From positions 1 to 29,995 of the IMG/VR virus record IMGVR_UViG_3300031576_000015: 29,995 bases of DNA; one strand, given 5' to 3'. Under the pieces are notes generated by a model, which was given only the letters and a program-made list of their open reading frames with translations, did not search any database and had not been told where the DNA came from. Shown in pieces: positions 22,703 to 29,995 of this stretch. Numbering within the stretch: the stretch's first letter is position 1; every line of letters starts with the position of its first letter. A program made the position numbers and the translations under genes. The DNA is from a virus (lineage: Duplodnaviria > Heunggongvirae > Uroviricota > Caudoviricetes).

Positions 22703-25036
22703 TTAGATGTCGCCTACTGTAGGTGGGGGTGTCGGGGGCGGCGTAGCCGGTTTGTGCGGCTTAGATGCAACACCACCTCCCTGGTGTTGCAACGTGTAGA
22801 TAGGTTCACCCTTGATTTGGCCGGTTCGGATGTTCTTTACGCGGGCAAATTCCGCGCTTCCATGACGTGCTTTCAGCGCACGTTGAACACCCTTAGACGG
22901 AGGATAGAAGAAGCCCAGGATCTGATACTCATCAGCCTGCGGCTGCTTGGTGCGTATATTCAGGATTTTTACCAGGTCGCCGGCGAGCCAAATGCGCCCC
23001 TCTCGTGTTTCGGCGCTTCGGTCTCGTAGATTCTCGGCCACAACGGACTTGGCGTGTTGCTTACGGACCTTCTCGGCCCCACCAGTGTACTTGCGGCGCA
23101 GGATTCCCTGTGCCCCGCCCTCGATTTCTTGCCAGTCCATGCCTGGGAACTTAGACTTCAGTTCCGATGCACTTGGGCCACCCATGACCTGTATACGGTT
23201 GCCAATGATATTGGCGACTGGGTAGGCAGCACGGACGGCGCCTAGCTGTTCCTGTTCGGCTTTCATCAGCTTCTTAAAGCCCTCGGGGATCGGGAACTCA
23301 GCCGGGGCTGTGCTGCCTGGTTGGGTGGCTGGAGCTGTAGCCGCACCTGCTTTGGGCCTAAACTCTTTGACCTTAGCTTTAGCGATGCTGGCTGGCTTGC
23401 CCTTATACAGGATGCTGTATCGGTTCGGTCCTATACCTACGACATCGTACTTGACCCCACCAAGACTGGTGAGCTGACCTATGATTTCCCTGGCGCGACG
23501 TGGGACAGCTGGTGGGCGCTCAGGCGGGGCTATGGACGGAGCCTGTGGAGCCGGGGCCCGTGGGGCCTCTGGAGCTGCTACAGGAGCTTCTGGGGCTGCT
23601 GCCGGGGCTGTAGGGGCCTTCCGGCCAGCCTTGGGAGCCTGAGGGGGTTTGACGCCCAGGGAAGCCATTACCTGATCGACCAACTTCTTCAGCTCTACGT
23701 CAGAGATCTGTGCGGCAGTTGCTTTAGCCGGGGCCTCTGGGGCGGCCTTTGGCACAGCTGTTTGTGCCTTGGATCGCTCTAGGTGTCGAGTGATACGGGC
23801 CTGCTGTGCGGCCTGGCGTCTTTCAGCCGGGATGCGCTCTGCTGTTTCTTGGATGGCCCTCAGACCCTTAGAGGGTTTGCCTTCTATCTGAGCGGGACGC
23901 CCGAAGTACTTCTGGGATAGCTCTTGAAGATGGGCCTTGCTCGGCCTCTTGCCACCACCGGCTTGGGCAATCTGGGCCACAGCTGCCTGGGTGGCTGCTT
24001 GGACCGCTGGGGCTACGCCTTCTGCGGCTGCGTGGGCTGCTGCGATGGCCTCCGGGGTGGCCTCTCGAGACGCACGTATCAAGTCACCCAGCTTGCCACC
24101 TGCTAGTTCCTGGGGCAAATCGCGAGACCAAACTGTCGGGGTGAGACGGATGGTGCGTGGGACTCGCTTAGCTGTCTCCAGCATCTCCAGCACCTTGGTG
24201 GCCGTGGCTGGGTCCCGTAGGGCATGTGGGTAGCCCGGGCCGGCGACACCTTCAGACAGAGATCGGAGACTTGATAGCACCTGCTTGCCGCCTACGTTGA
24301 CGGCTTGGCCGGTACGCAGCTCGTTCAGGATCTGGTTGACGGTCTTACCAACGGCTGCTCGTCCAGCCACAATACCAAATGGGGCGAACATAGCTGCCTC
24401 GGTGCCTATGGTCTTGGCGGCTCGGCCTAGAGAGGGCATGCCTATAAGCTGACCCTGTTCCTCTCCGGCTTCAGCTGCGGCCCGACCGGCTCCGTAGAGG
24501 GCACCAGTGCCTGCCTCTCGTAGACCAAACTCTAGGGCTGGAGCCATGGCCCGGCCACCTCTTCCAGCACGGATGAGACGAAGTAGGCGGGCGCCCAGGC
24601 CCACCTTGCCGGCTATACCAATTGGTACAATGGCACTAGCCAGTTCGCCAGCGAATTCTGCTGTGCGTCCGGCTTGAGTTGTGGGCTCATCTCCCGGCTT
24701 CCAGCGGCCGAAGGTCAGTCCCTTAGCTCCACCTCGTAGGAATGGTTGTAGGAGACCGCCCTGCTGACTGGCAAGTGCGGCCAATGAATCTGCGGGCCCA
24801 CCCCGCTCTGCACGCTGGTCACGACGGGCAACGCGGCCTAATCGCTTCTCCCAATCCTCAACAGATGGCAGGTCTAGTTCGGTTCGCTGGTCCGGGTCCT
24901 TAATGTTATGAACCAGCCAACTGTAGACTAGGACCTGCTCGTCCTTGCCGAGCTTGGAGTAGTCTAGGCGGCCCTGATAGATGTCATTGACCAGTTGTAT
25001 GGCGCGTTGTTCCTGCGCGCCGACGGGCTTGGGCAT
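22703..25036 (-). CDS. Internal virion / ejection protein (777 aa), Gly/Ala-rich N-terminus, Pro/Ala linker
   Basis: GGAKGLTFG, AGELASAIVPIGIAGKVGLG and AGTGALYGAG segments typical of ejected proteins; position. Confidence 0.7.
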   Translation of the reverse strand: MPKPVGAQEQRAIQLVNDIYQGRLDYSKLGKDEQVLVYSWLVHNIKDPDQRTELDLPSVEDWEKRLGRVARRDQRAERGGPADSLAALASQQGGLLQPFLRGGAKGLTFGRWKPGDEPTTQAGRTAEFAGELASAIVPIGIAGKVGLGARLLRLIRAGRGGRAMAPALEFGLREAGTGALYGAGRAAAEAGEEQGQLIGMPSLGRAAKTIGTEAAMFAPFGIVAGRAAVGKTVNQILNELRTGQAVNVGGKQVLSSLRSLSEGVAGPGYPHALRDPATATKVLEMLETAKRVPRTIRLTPTVWSRDLPQELAGGKLGDLIRASREATPEAIAAAHAAAEGVAPAVQAATQAAVAQIAQAGGGKRPSKAHLQELSQKYFGRPAQIEGKPSKGLRAIQETAERIPAERRQAAQQARITRHLERSKAQTAVPKAAPEAPAKATAAQISDVELKKLVDQVMASLGVKPPQAPKAGRKAPTAPAAAPEAPVAAPEAPRAPAPQAPSIAPPERPPAVPRRAREIIGQLTSLGGVKYDVVGIGPNRYSILYKGKPASIAKAKVKEFRPKAGAATAPATQPGSTAPAEFPIPEGFKKLMKAEQEQLGAVRAAYPVANIIGNRIQVMGGPSASELKSKFPGMDWQEIEGGAQGILRRKYTGGAEKVRKQHAKSVVAENLRDRSAETREGRIWLAGDLVKILNIRTKQPQADEYQILGFFYPPSKGVQRALKARHGSAEFARVKNIRTGQIKGEPIYTLQHQGGGVASKPHKPATPPPTPPPTVGDI

Positions 25037-25039
25037 GAG

Positions 25040-26581
25040 TTACCTCTTGTAGTACTTGTCGGTCTGGGGATCGTAGAAGTAGCCTGGCCGTGCCTGCTTG
25101 TGCCCCTTTACGATCTTCGCTCGAGATCCTGGTGTGCCAACTATGGACTCGTAGACCTTCTTGATCCCACTAAGGTCTAATGGCTTCGCTGGTGCCACTG
25201 GCTTCACCGGTATACGCTGTGATCCCTGTGGGGTCTTCATATAAGCATAGCGTTGTGCAGGCTGTTGAGGCTGCCGAGGTACGCCTGGTGGTCTGGCCGT
25301 TACAGGCTGGGCCCCTGGTGCTTGGGGTGTGGACGGGGCCTTGCCACCCTGTGGCTTGTTGCGCTGGTCAATCGTTGGCGCAAGTGGGTCCGAGATGCGA
25401 GGCCGTTGTCGACCGGTTGCTGGCGGGCGAACCCCTCCCGGGGTTTGTACTCCGCCACCGGTGTCTTCGACTGGGGGTGCGAACTTGGGTGTGGGAGCTG
25501 CTGGGACCTCAGGCTGTATGTTGGAATAGCGCTGTAGCTCCGGGTAGGTCTTCAGCAAGTCTGCATGTCGGGCCCTGGCCCCACGGAGCTTTTCCTGCGC
25601 AGTGAACAGCTCTGTGGTCATTTCCGACACCCGGGTCGGGAGGTCCTTTGGGTTGATCCTTGGAAGGTTTTCTGCCAGTGCCCTCAGGACTGGATCTTTG
25701 GACATCCTCCAAGTCTGAACTAGGCTTTCCTTTTCTTTGGATCTGATGAACTCATTGATGTGGGTTATCTGTGTTCGGTAGGCTTGTACTGCCCCTCCAA
25801 AGCTCTGAATGTCCCCGCCGATTTTGATGAAGTTGTTCAGGGCGTTTCGGAAGCCGGGTTCTAATGTGCCAACACCTTCGGCCTCGGCTTGTGCCTTTGC
25901 GGCTTGGGCTACACTCAACTGCCGTTCTTCGATGTCCCGAGATTGCATTTTGGGTCCGATCCAGGGTTGTAGGACGGACATGTGGCGGTTGACGAACGCT
26001 TGTGCCTCATCAGCATCCATGCCCTTGGCAACCATAGCGTCAATGAGCTGCTTAGCCTGTACTTCGTATTTGCGCCGCCAAGCCTCTTCGTAAGTGACCG
26101 GTTCAGAGGCTAGGGCCAAGTCTAATGGATCCTGACCCTGAACAATTCCTCGGTCAGTCTTGATGTTCAATTCAGGATAATTTTTCTCTGCGTTGGAGAT
26201 CCACTGCAGGGCCTGCCGGCGTATCATGGGGTCCGGGGAGCCCTTGACCAATTCCATCATCTTTAAGTGATCGCGGCGGACCTGGCCGAGTTCGGCCCTC
26301 CTGCGGATCTGTGTTACATCTACGTCCCCAATGTTGATGCCCAGATCCTTCATGCGTAGAGTGAGCCCAGCGATGACCTCCGGGAAGTCCTGCATGTCCT
26401 TGAGGTGAGGTAGAGCCGAGAGGATCTTCTGCAGCTCCTCGGCCTGTGCTGTTTGCTTAGCTATGGCTTGCTTGGCCTGTAACGCCCGATTGGCCTGCAT
26501 GATCTGAAACATAATTTCAAACATGCCACGCCCGCCTCGGGCTAGGGCACTGCCGAACTGAGCTCCGTATGCGTCAGCCAT
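25040..26581 (-). CDS. Probable internal virion / ejection protein (513 aa)
   Basis: N-terminal YGAQFGSALARGG helix, helical body and Pro/Gln-rich tail; operon context. Confidence 0.65.
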   Translation of the reverse strand: MADAYGAQFGSALARGGRGMFEIMFQIMQANRALQAKQAIAKQTAQAEELQKILSALPHLKDMQDFPEVIAGLTLRMKDLGINIGDVDVTQIRRRAELGQVRRDHLKMMELVKGSPDPMIRRQALQWISNAEKNYPELNIKTDRGIVQGQDPLDLALASEPVTYEEAWRRKYEVQAKQLIDAMVAKGMDADEAQAFVNRHMSVLQPWIGPKMQSRDIEERQLSVAQAAKAQAEAEGVGTLEPGFRNALNNFIKIGGDIQSFGGAVQAYRTQITHINEFIRSKEKESLVQTWRMSKDPVLRALAENLPRINPKDLPTRVSEMTTELFTAQEKLRGARARHADLLKTYPELQRYSNIQPEVPAAPTPKFAPPVEDTGGGVQTPGGVRPPATGRQRPRISDPLAPTIDQRNKPQGGKAPSTPQAPGAQPVTARPPGVPRQPQQPAQRYAYMKTPQGSQRIPVKPVAPAKPLDLSGIKKVYESIVGTPGSRAKIVKGHKQARPGYFYDPQTDKYYKR

Positions 26582-26584
26582 TGG

Positions 26585-28024
26585 TTATCTTGTTGGTGCT
26601 GGGGGTGGAAACATACCCGGGAAGGCCTCCGGGTTGCGCATCATAGCGTAATACAGTAGAGATTGGGCAGTGTCACCCAGGGCTCCACCGAAAGCCCCAC
26701 CGGCTGCACCTGCGCCCTGTTGGGCGTAGATGTTGGCCTGGGTGGCTAGGCTGGCCGGCTGGCCGGATGGCTGAGCGCCTTGTAGGTAACCCAGAAGATC
26801 CATCAGACGCTGGCGTTCCATAGCTTCCAGTTGTCCTTCAATGCCACGGGCAGCTCCCCGTCGCTGTTGCTCTAGGGCGTCCATCTCTCGGAAGATACCA
26901 GTCTCCATGCCTCGGCGCCCAAGTATGGCATTCTCCATGGCTTCGGATAGACCGATTGCTCGACCACGACGGCCAGTGCGTAGGTCCTCGAGCTGTTGTG
27001 CGACGCCCCGTGCTTCACCGCGTCGAGAGCGAGACTCGCCCATTCTCCACATGGCTAGTTGGCGGTCGGCGTCAGACTTCTCTCTGAACTTGGTTTCTTC
27101 GATCTTACGTAGCTCTGACTGAATGACACCGGACGACGGCTCAATGCCACGGCGGGACGCGTCACGGATAACGTTCTGTTTCATGGCCTCATAGCGCCGG
27201 TCGATATTTTGGGCGGCTGTGGTTAGGAATGCCTGCTCGAACTCACCCTCGCCTGGAGTGGCGCGGAGGTAATCAACATCCCCCTGGAACCGGCCCCAGG
27301 ACGATGGATCTACATTGAGTCGTTCGATCTCGGCCTGTGTCATACCGGCGAAGCGCGGATCCTGTTGTACCTGACCAATATATCGTTGGTAGGCGTCTAC
27401 CAGCCCTTCTGGCATGGAACGGAGGGATGCGATATCAGATAGGTACGGGGGCTGGCTGGGCTGGGTATCATCGATGATGCGCGGAAGCCGTGGCGGCCCA
27501 ACAGGTGGCACGGGTCCGCCCGGCGGTAAGTAGGGCTGTGGTTGCCCGGCTGGGCCGCCTGGTGCAGTTATACCGTACTGTGCATAATCCTCTGCGGACC
27601 ATGGGATTAGGGCTTGTGTATAGAAGTACCCAGGCTGTGGGTTCCCCCTTGAGCTATCTGACCAGCTATATGACCCGTCGGGGTTGCGAATGGCCCCCCT
27701 CGGTACCGAGCCGGGCGGTTGTGGGAACACAGGCTGGCCGGTTACGTGTAGCCTTCTCGCCCATTCGTCTGGCCCGGCTGAGGGCGGGACAGGTTGTGGA
27801 ATAGGATATGAAACTGCGCCCCCCGGCGCTGTTGCGACGGGACCTGGTGCTGTTATGATCTGGGGCAGGCGCGGTGGTGGCACGACGGAACCTGGTTGTG
27901 GGGCAGGCTGTGGTTGTGGGGCAGGCTGTGGTACCGCCTGCCCAAAAGGAAGCCTACGTAGATGCGGCGGTAGGTTTGACAGTGTCTGCTGGTTATACTC
28001 TTCGTAGTCCCGGTTCGCTGCCAT
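26585..28024 (-). CDS. Probable DNA ejection / pilot protein (479 aa)
   Basis: Start 28024 by TAATG coupling; Pro-rich N-half, coiled-coil C-half and terminal GAGAAGGAFGGALG motif. Confidence 0.7.
   Translation of the reverse strand: MAANRDYEEYNQQTLSNLPPHLRRLPFGQAVPQPAPQPQPAPQPGSVVPPPRLPQIITAPGPVATAPGGAVSYPIPQPVPPSAGPDEWARRLHVTGQPVFPQPPGSVPRGAIRNPDGSYSWSDSSRGNPQPGYFYTQALIPWSAEDYAQYGITAPGGPAGQPQPYLPPGGPVPPVGPPRLPRIIDDTQPSQPPYLSDIASLRSMPEGLVDAYQRYIGQVQQDPRFAGMTQAEIERLNVDPSSWGRFQGDVDYLRATPGEGEFEQAFLTTAAQNIDRRYEAMKQNVIRDASRRGIEPSSGVIQSELRKIEETKFREKSDADRQLAMWRMGESRSRRGEARGVAQQLEDLRTGRRGRAIGLSEAMENAILGRRGMETGIFREMDALEQQRRGAARGIEGQLEAMERQRLMDLLGYLQGAQPSGQPASLATQANIYAQQGAGAAGGAFGGALGDTAQSLLYYAMMRNPEAFPGMFPPPAPTR
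27893..27932. repeat. 18-nt tandem repeat encoding PQPAPQ units
   Basis: TGGTTGTGGGGCAGGCTG x2 plus a partial copy. Confidence 0.85.
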
Positions 28025-28737
28025 TACTGTTTCCCCATGAGATAGCGCCACCACCACGGTTTTGGTGGTGTAGCGCGAGGCTTTCTAGTTGTGACACCCA
28101 GACGAGGATCATATATCCATTCGTACCGTGGATCCATAAAGTCTGCCACTTGTGGGTCAGATGGTCCTGGGAAGGGCGGCAGTACCGGTTCACCTGGAAC
28201 ACCGGGCAATCCCGGCTGTCCTGGTACACCAGGCTGCCCTGGCTTCGTCTGACCCGGTGGAAGGGGCTGTTGGAAGCCGAGGCCGGCTCTGTCTAATATA
28301 TCTCTACCCTGTTGCTCGTTAGGGTCCCTCTGTTCTGCTCGTGGTCCCGGATAACGGCCTACGCCCTCTTTCCATATATCTACGAGGCCACGGAAGTTAC
28401 CCTTCAGGAGTTCGCCAAACATGTTCTTGTTGTAATCCCAAGCACTCCAGCCCTGTCGTGGGCCGTATTGAGGCCCAGATGGTGTGGCAGGACCTCCCAT
28501 AGGCGCCCGAGCACCGGGGCCATTCGCAGATGTAACCCCACCTGCAGGCGCCGGCCCTACTGTACGGTCGTATGCCCTTTGGCCAAGGATCTCTTGGGCA
28601 GATGTTCCGCCGACACTCGAGTACACGTCGCGGCCCGCTGCAATGTTCTCGGACATCCGGTCGATGCGTCCCCGGGCGGCATCAACAGCGTCTCGGAATT
28701 CTTGGTCGTTTAGAACACCAGTTGGATCGAGTGGCAT
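28024..28737 (-). CDS. Pro/Gly-rich hypothetical protein in the virion module (237 aa)
   Basis: Tight packing with both neighbours; PGQPG repeats. Confidence 0.7.
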   Translation of the reverse strand: MPLDPTGVLNDQEFRDAVDAARGRIDRMSENIAAGRDVYSSVGGTSAQEILGQRAYDRTVGPAPAGGVTSANGPGARAPMGGPATPSGPQYGPRQGWSAWDYNKNMFGELLKGNFRGLVDIWKEGVGRYPGPRAEQRDPNEQQGRDILDRAGLGFQQPLPPGQTKPGQPGVPGQPGLPGVPGEPVLPPFPGPSDPQVADFMDPRYEWIYDPRLGVTTRKPRATPPKPWWWRYLMGKQ

Positions 28738-28741
28738 TGGT

Positions 28742-29194
28742 TTACCCCGTTATCTTATTTAAGTAATTAGGAAGTCTGGAACGTACGAAATCTGGTAGCC
28801 GGTCTATATCGCGAACCGGACCGGGCAATCCAGGTAGACTGGGATCCTGTGTTGGCGGGGCTTCTGGGGATCCTTGCGTGGTCTTCCACTCCTCGAAGGA
28901 AGGGAAATCCGGCTGACCGTAGAAATCACCGCCACCACCCCACGCCCGTGTAAATCGGCTGGGCTTGCCGGCACGTCCGGAGAGAGCCGTACCCAAGTAT
29001 TGTCGGTATGGTCTCATTTCCTTGTAGTCCTTCAGGTATTCCTTCAGGGTTTCTTCCTGCATGGCACTGGATCTCTCGGCGGCGGCTGCCTGTGTGCCAG
29101 CTGCTTGGCCAGCCTTGAGAGTGCCATAGATCTGCAGGCCGAGACCGATAAGTGGCAGTAGAGCGGCTAGAGAGGCAAGTGGTTGGAATTTCAT
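28742..29194 (-). CDS. P22 gp7-like small DNA ejection protein (150 aa)
   Basis: SD AAGGGAG before ATG 29194; hydrophobic N-helix, then KAGQAAGTQAAAA...Q...PYRQYLGTALS pattern. Confidence 0.7.
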   Translation of the reverse strand: MKFQPLASLAALLPLIGLGLQIYGTLKAGQAAGTQAAAAERSSAMQEETLKEYLKDYKEMRPYRQYLGTALSGRAGKPSRFTRAWGGGGDFYGQPDFPSFEEWKTTQGSPEAPPTQDPSLPGLPGPVRDIDRLPDFVRSRLPNYLNKITG

Positions 29195-29204
29195 TTGTGC
29201 TCCC

Positions 29205-29627
29205 TTAAGCGTAGCTTCCATATCGAGTTATCTGTAAGAGGCGCTTTAGACGCTCCTCCTCAGGATCTTGTCCGGCGGCATAGGCTTGTACTTCTGATTG
29301 CATTCGAGCTATGTTAGCTTGTGATGGGAATATAGCTCCACGAGGCTGCTCTGGGATATCCAGTGGGCGCCGCTGCAGTTGCTGTTGTGGACGTTGATAT
29401 GCGGCGTATGCCTGATCCGGGCGGATTTTTGGCATCATAGCCCGTTCCTGGACTCGAGGCGATGGTTGCTGTTGTGCTCGTTCGTACGGCCTATAGAAGC
29501 TGTCCTGCTGAGCGGGTTTCATGCGGCCCGCAAGCAGCTCTTTACGCTTCATCTTTAGGTAGTCTTCAGGTGTTGGCATTAGTATAGGATCTCCAATACT
29601 TGACTGGAAGCGAGGATCGGTGACCAT
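29205..29627 (-). CDS. Gln/Pro-rich hypothetical protein (140 aa)
   Basis: TAATG coupling with the upstream ORF; co-directional. Confidence 0.65.
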   Translation of the reverse strand: MVTDPRFQSSIGDPILMPTPEDYLKMKRKELLAGRMKPAQQDSFYRPYERAQQQPSPRVQERAMMPKIRPDQAYAAYQRPQQQLQRRPLDIPEQPRGAIFPSQANIARMQSEVQAYAAGQDPEEERLKRLLQITRYGSYA

Positions 29628-29995
29628 TACCAGATTAGCAGCTGCACCGTTCGTGCCTCATCGCACTTCAGGTAGATGTAGAGGATGGTTGGGTCCTTTG
29701 TTGGCTCGATCCGGAGACCGATGGGATTGCCCACCAACAAGTCGCTGACCTGGAGCATGCCTACTGGCTTGCGGGATAGACCGTGGGCGATCTTCTTCTC
29801 CACATTTGCGGTGGCGAAGGTGATCTCTAGGTGCTTGGCGTCAAAGTTACCAGCTTTGGTGTCCGCTCGGACCGCACCGACGCTCTGACGCCTACCCAGC
29901 TCTCGGAAGACTTCCTTTAGGGCGGGGTCTTTGACTATGACTTCATAGAGTTCGTTTCCGATGAGCTTACTCCTCGGGCTTACGCAGGGCCGAGT
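29627..29995 (-). CDS. Probable small tail/virion protein, partial (start outside window or uncertain)
   Basis: Frame open from 29995 to TAA 29627: ...FDAKHLEITFATANVEKKIAHGLSRKPVGMLQV...ILYIYLKCDEARTVQLLIW*. The H.L.R.P.G motif is seen in phage tail-region proteins. Confidence 0.7.
   Translation of the reverse strand, partial: TRPCVSPRSKLIGNELYEVIVKDPALKEVFRELGRRQSVGAVRADTKAGNFDAKHLEITFATANVEKKIAHGLSRKPVGMLQVSDLLVGNPIGLRIEPTKDPTILYIYLKCDEARTVQLLIW

Noticed and set aside
797-29161. Many long opposite-strand or alternate-frame ORFs in the track (e.g. 797-1351, 2996-3679, 5107-5763, 8428-9207, 10088-10873, 14755-15540, 18270-18971)
   Set aside because: They shadow well-supported genes, are Ser/Arg/Pro-rich as expected for GC-rich antisense frames, and lack motifs.
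29950-29975. ATC as a non-canonical start after GAGGAG for the last ORF
   Set aside because: The frame is open to the window edge, so an ordinary upstream start cannot be excluded.

Overview
This window is a gene-dense segment of a GC-rich, podovirus-like tailed phage. No CRISPR array, tRNA, rRNA, integrase, terminase, capsid or lysis gene was recognised. It has three blocks. (1) Leftward block, 1-6990, minus strand: small Zn-finger genes, an 88-aa Ig-like protein, a G8/beta-helix protein, RecA, a YkuK RNase H-like protein, RuvC and a PD-(D/E)xK nuclease. (2) Rightward block, 7145-14483: a nucleoside deoxyribosyltransferase-like hydrolase, a DUF5664 dNTP diphosphohydrolase, a gp32-like SSB and one 1418-aa ORF fusing UDG, 3'-5' exonuclease, PolA, PrimPol/PriCT and an AAA_25 helicase. 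(3) Minus-strand virion/ejection block, 14613-29995: P22/T7-like ejection proteins, a 2297-aa protein with an N-terminal macrodomain, an SLT transglycosylase and a HExxH peptidase. Four sigma70/sigmaA-like promoters share a private signature, and two of them face each other across overlapping small ORFs. The strongest candidate for an undescribed system is the 5789-6055 / 3789-5786 pair. The 88-aa protein is an Ig-like repeat cut out of register, and the G8 protein starts with the same donor hairpin, which predicts a self-polymerising Ig fibre tipped by a glycan-active enzyme. All domain calls are by motif recognition only; no searches were run.
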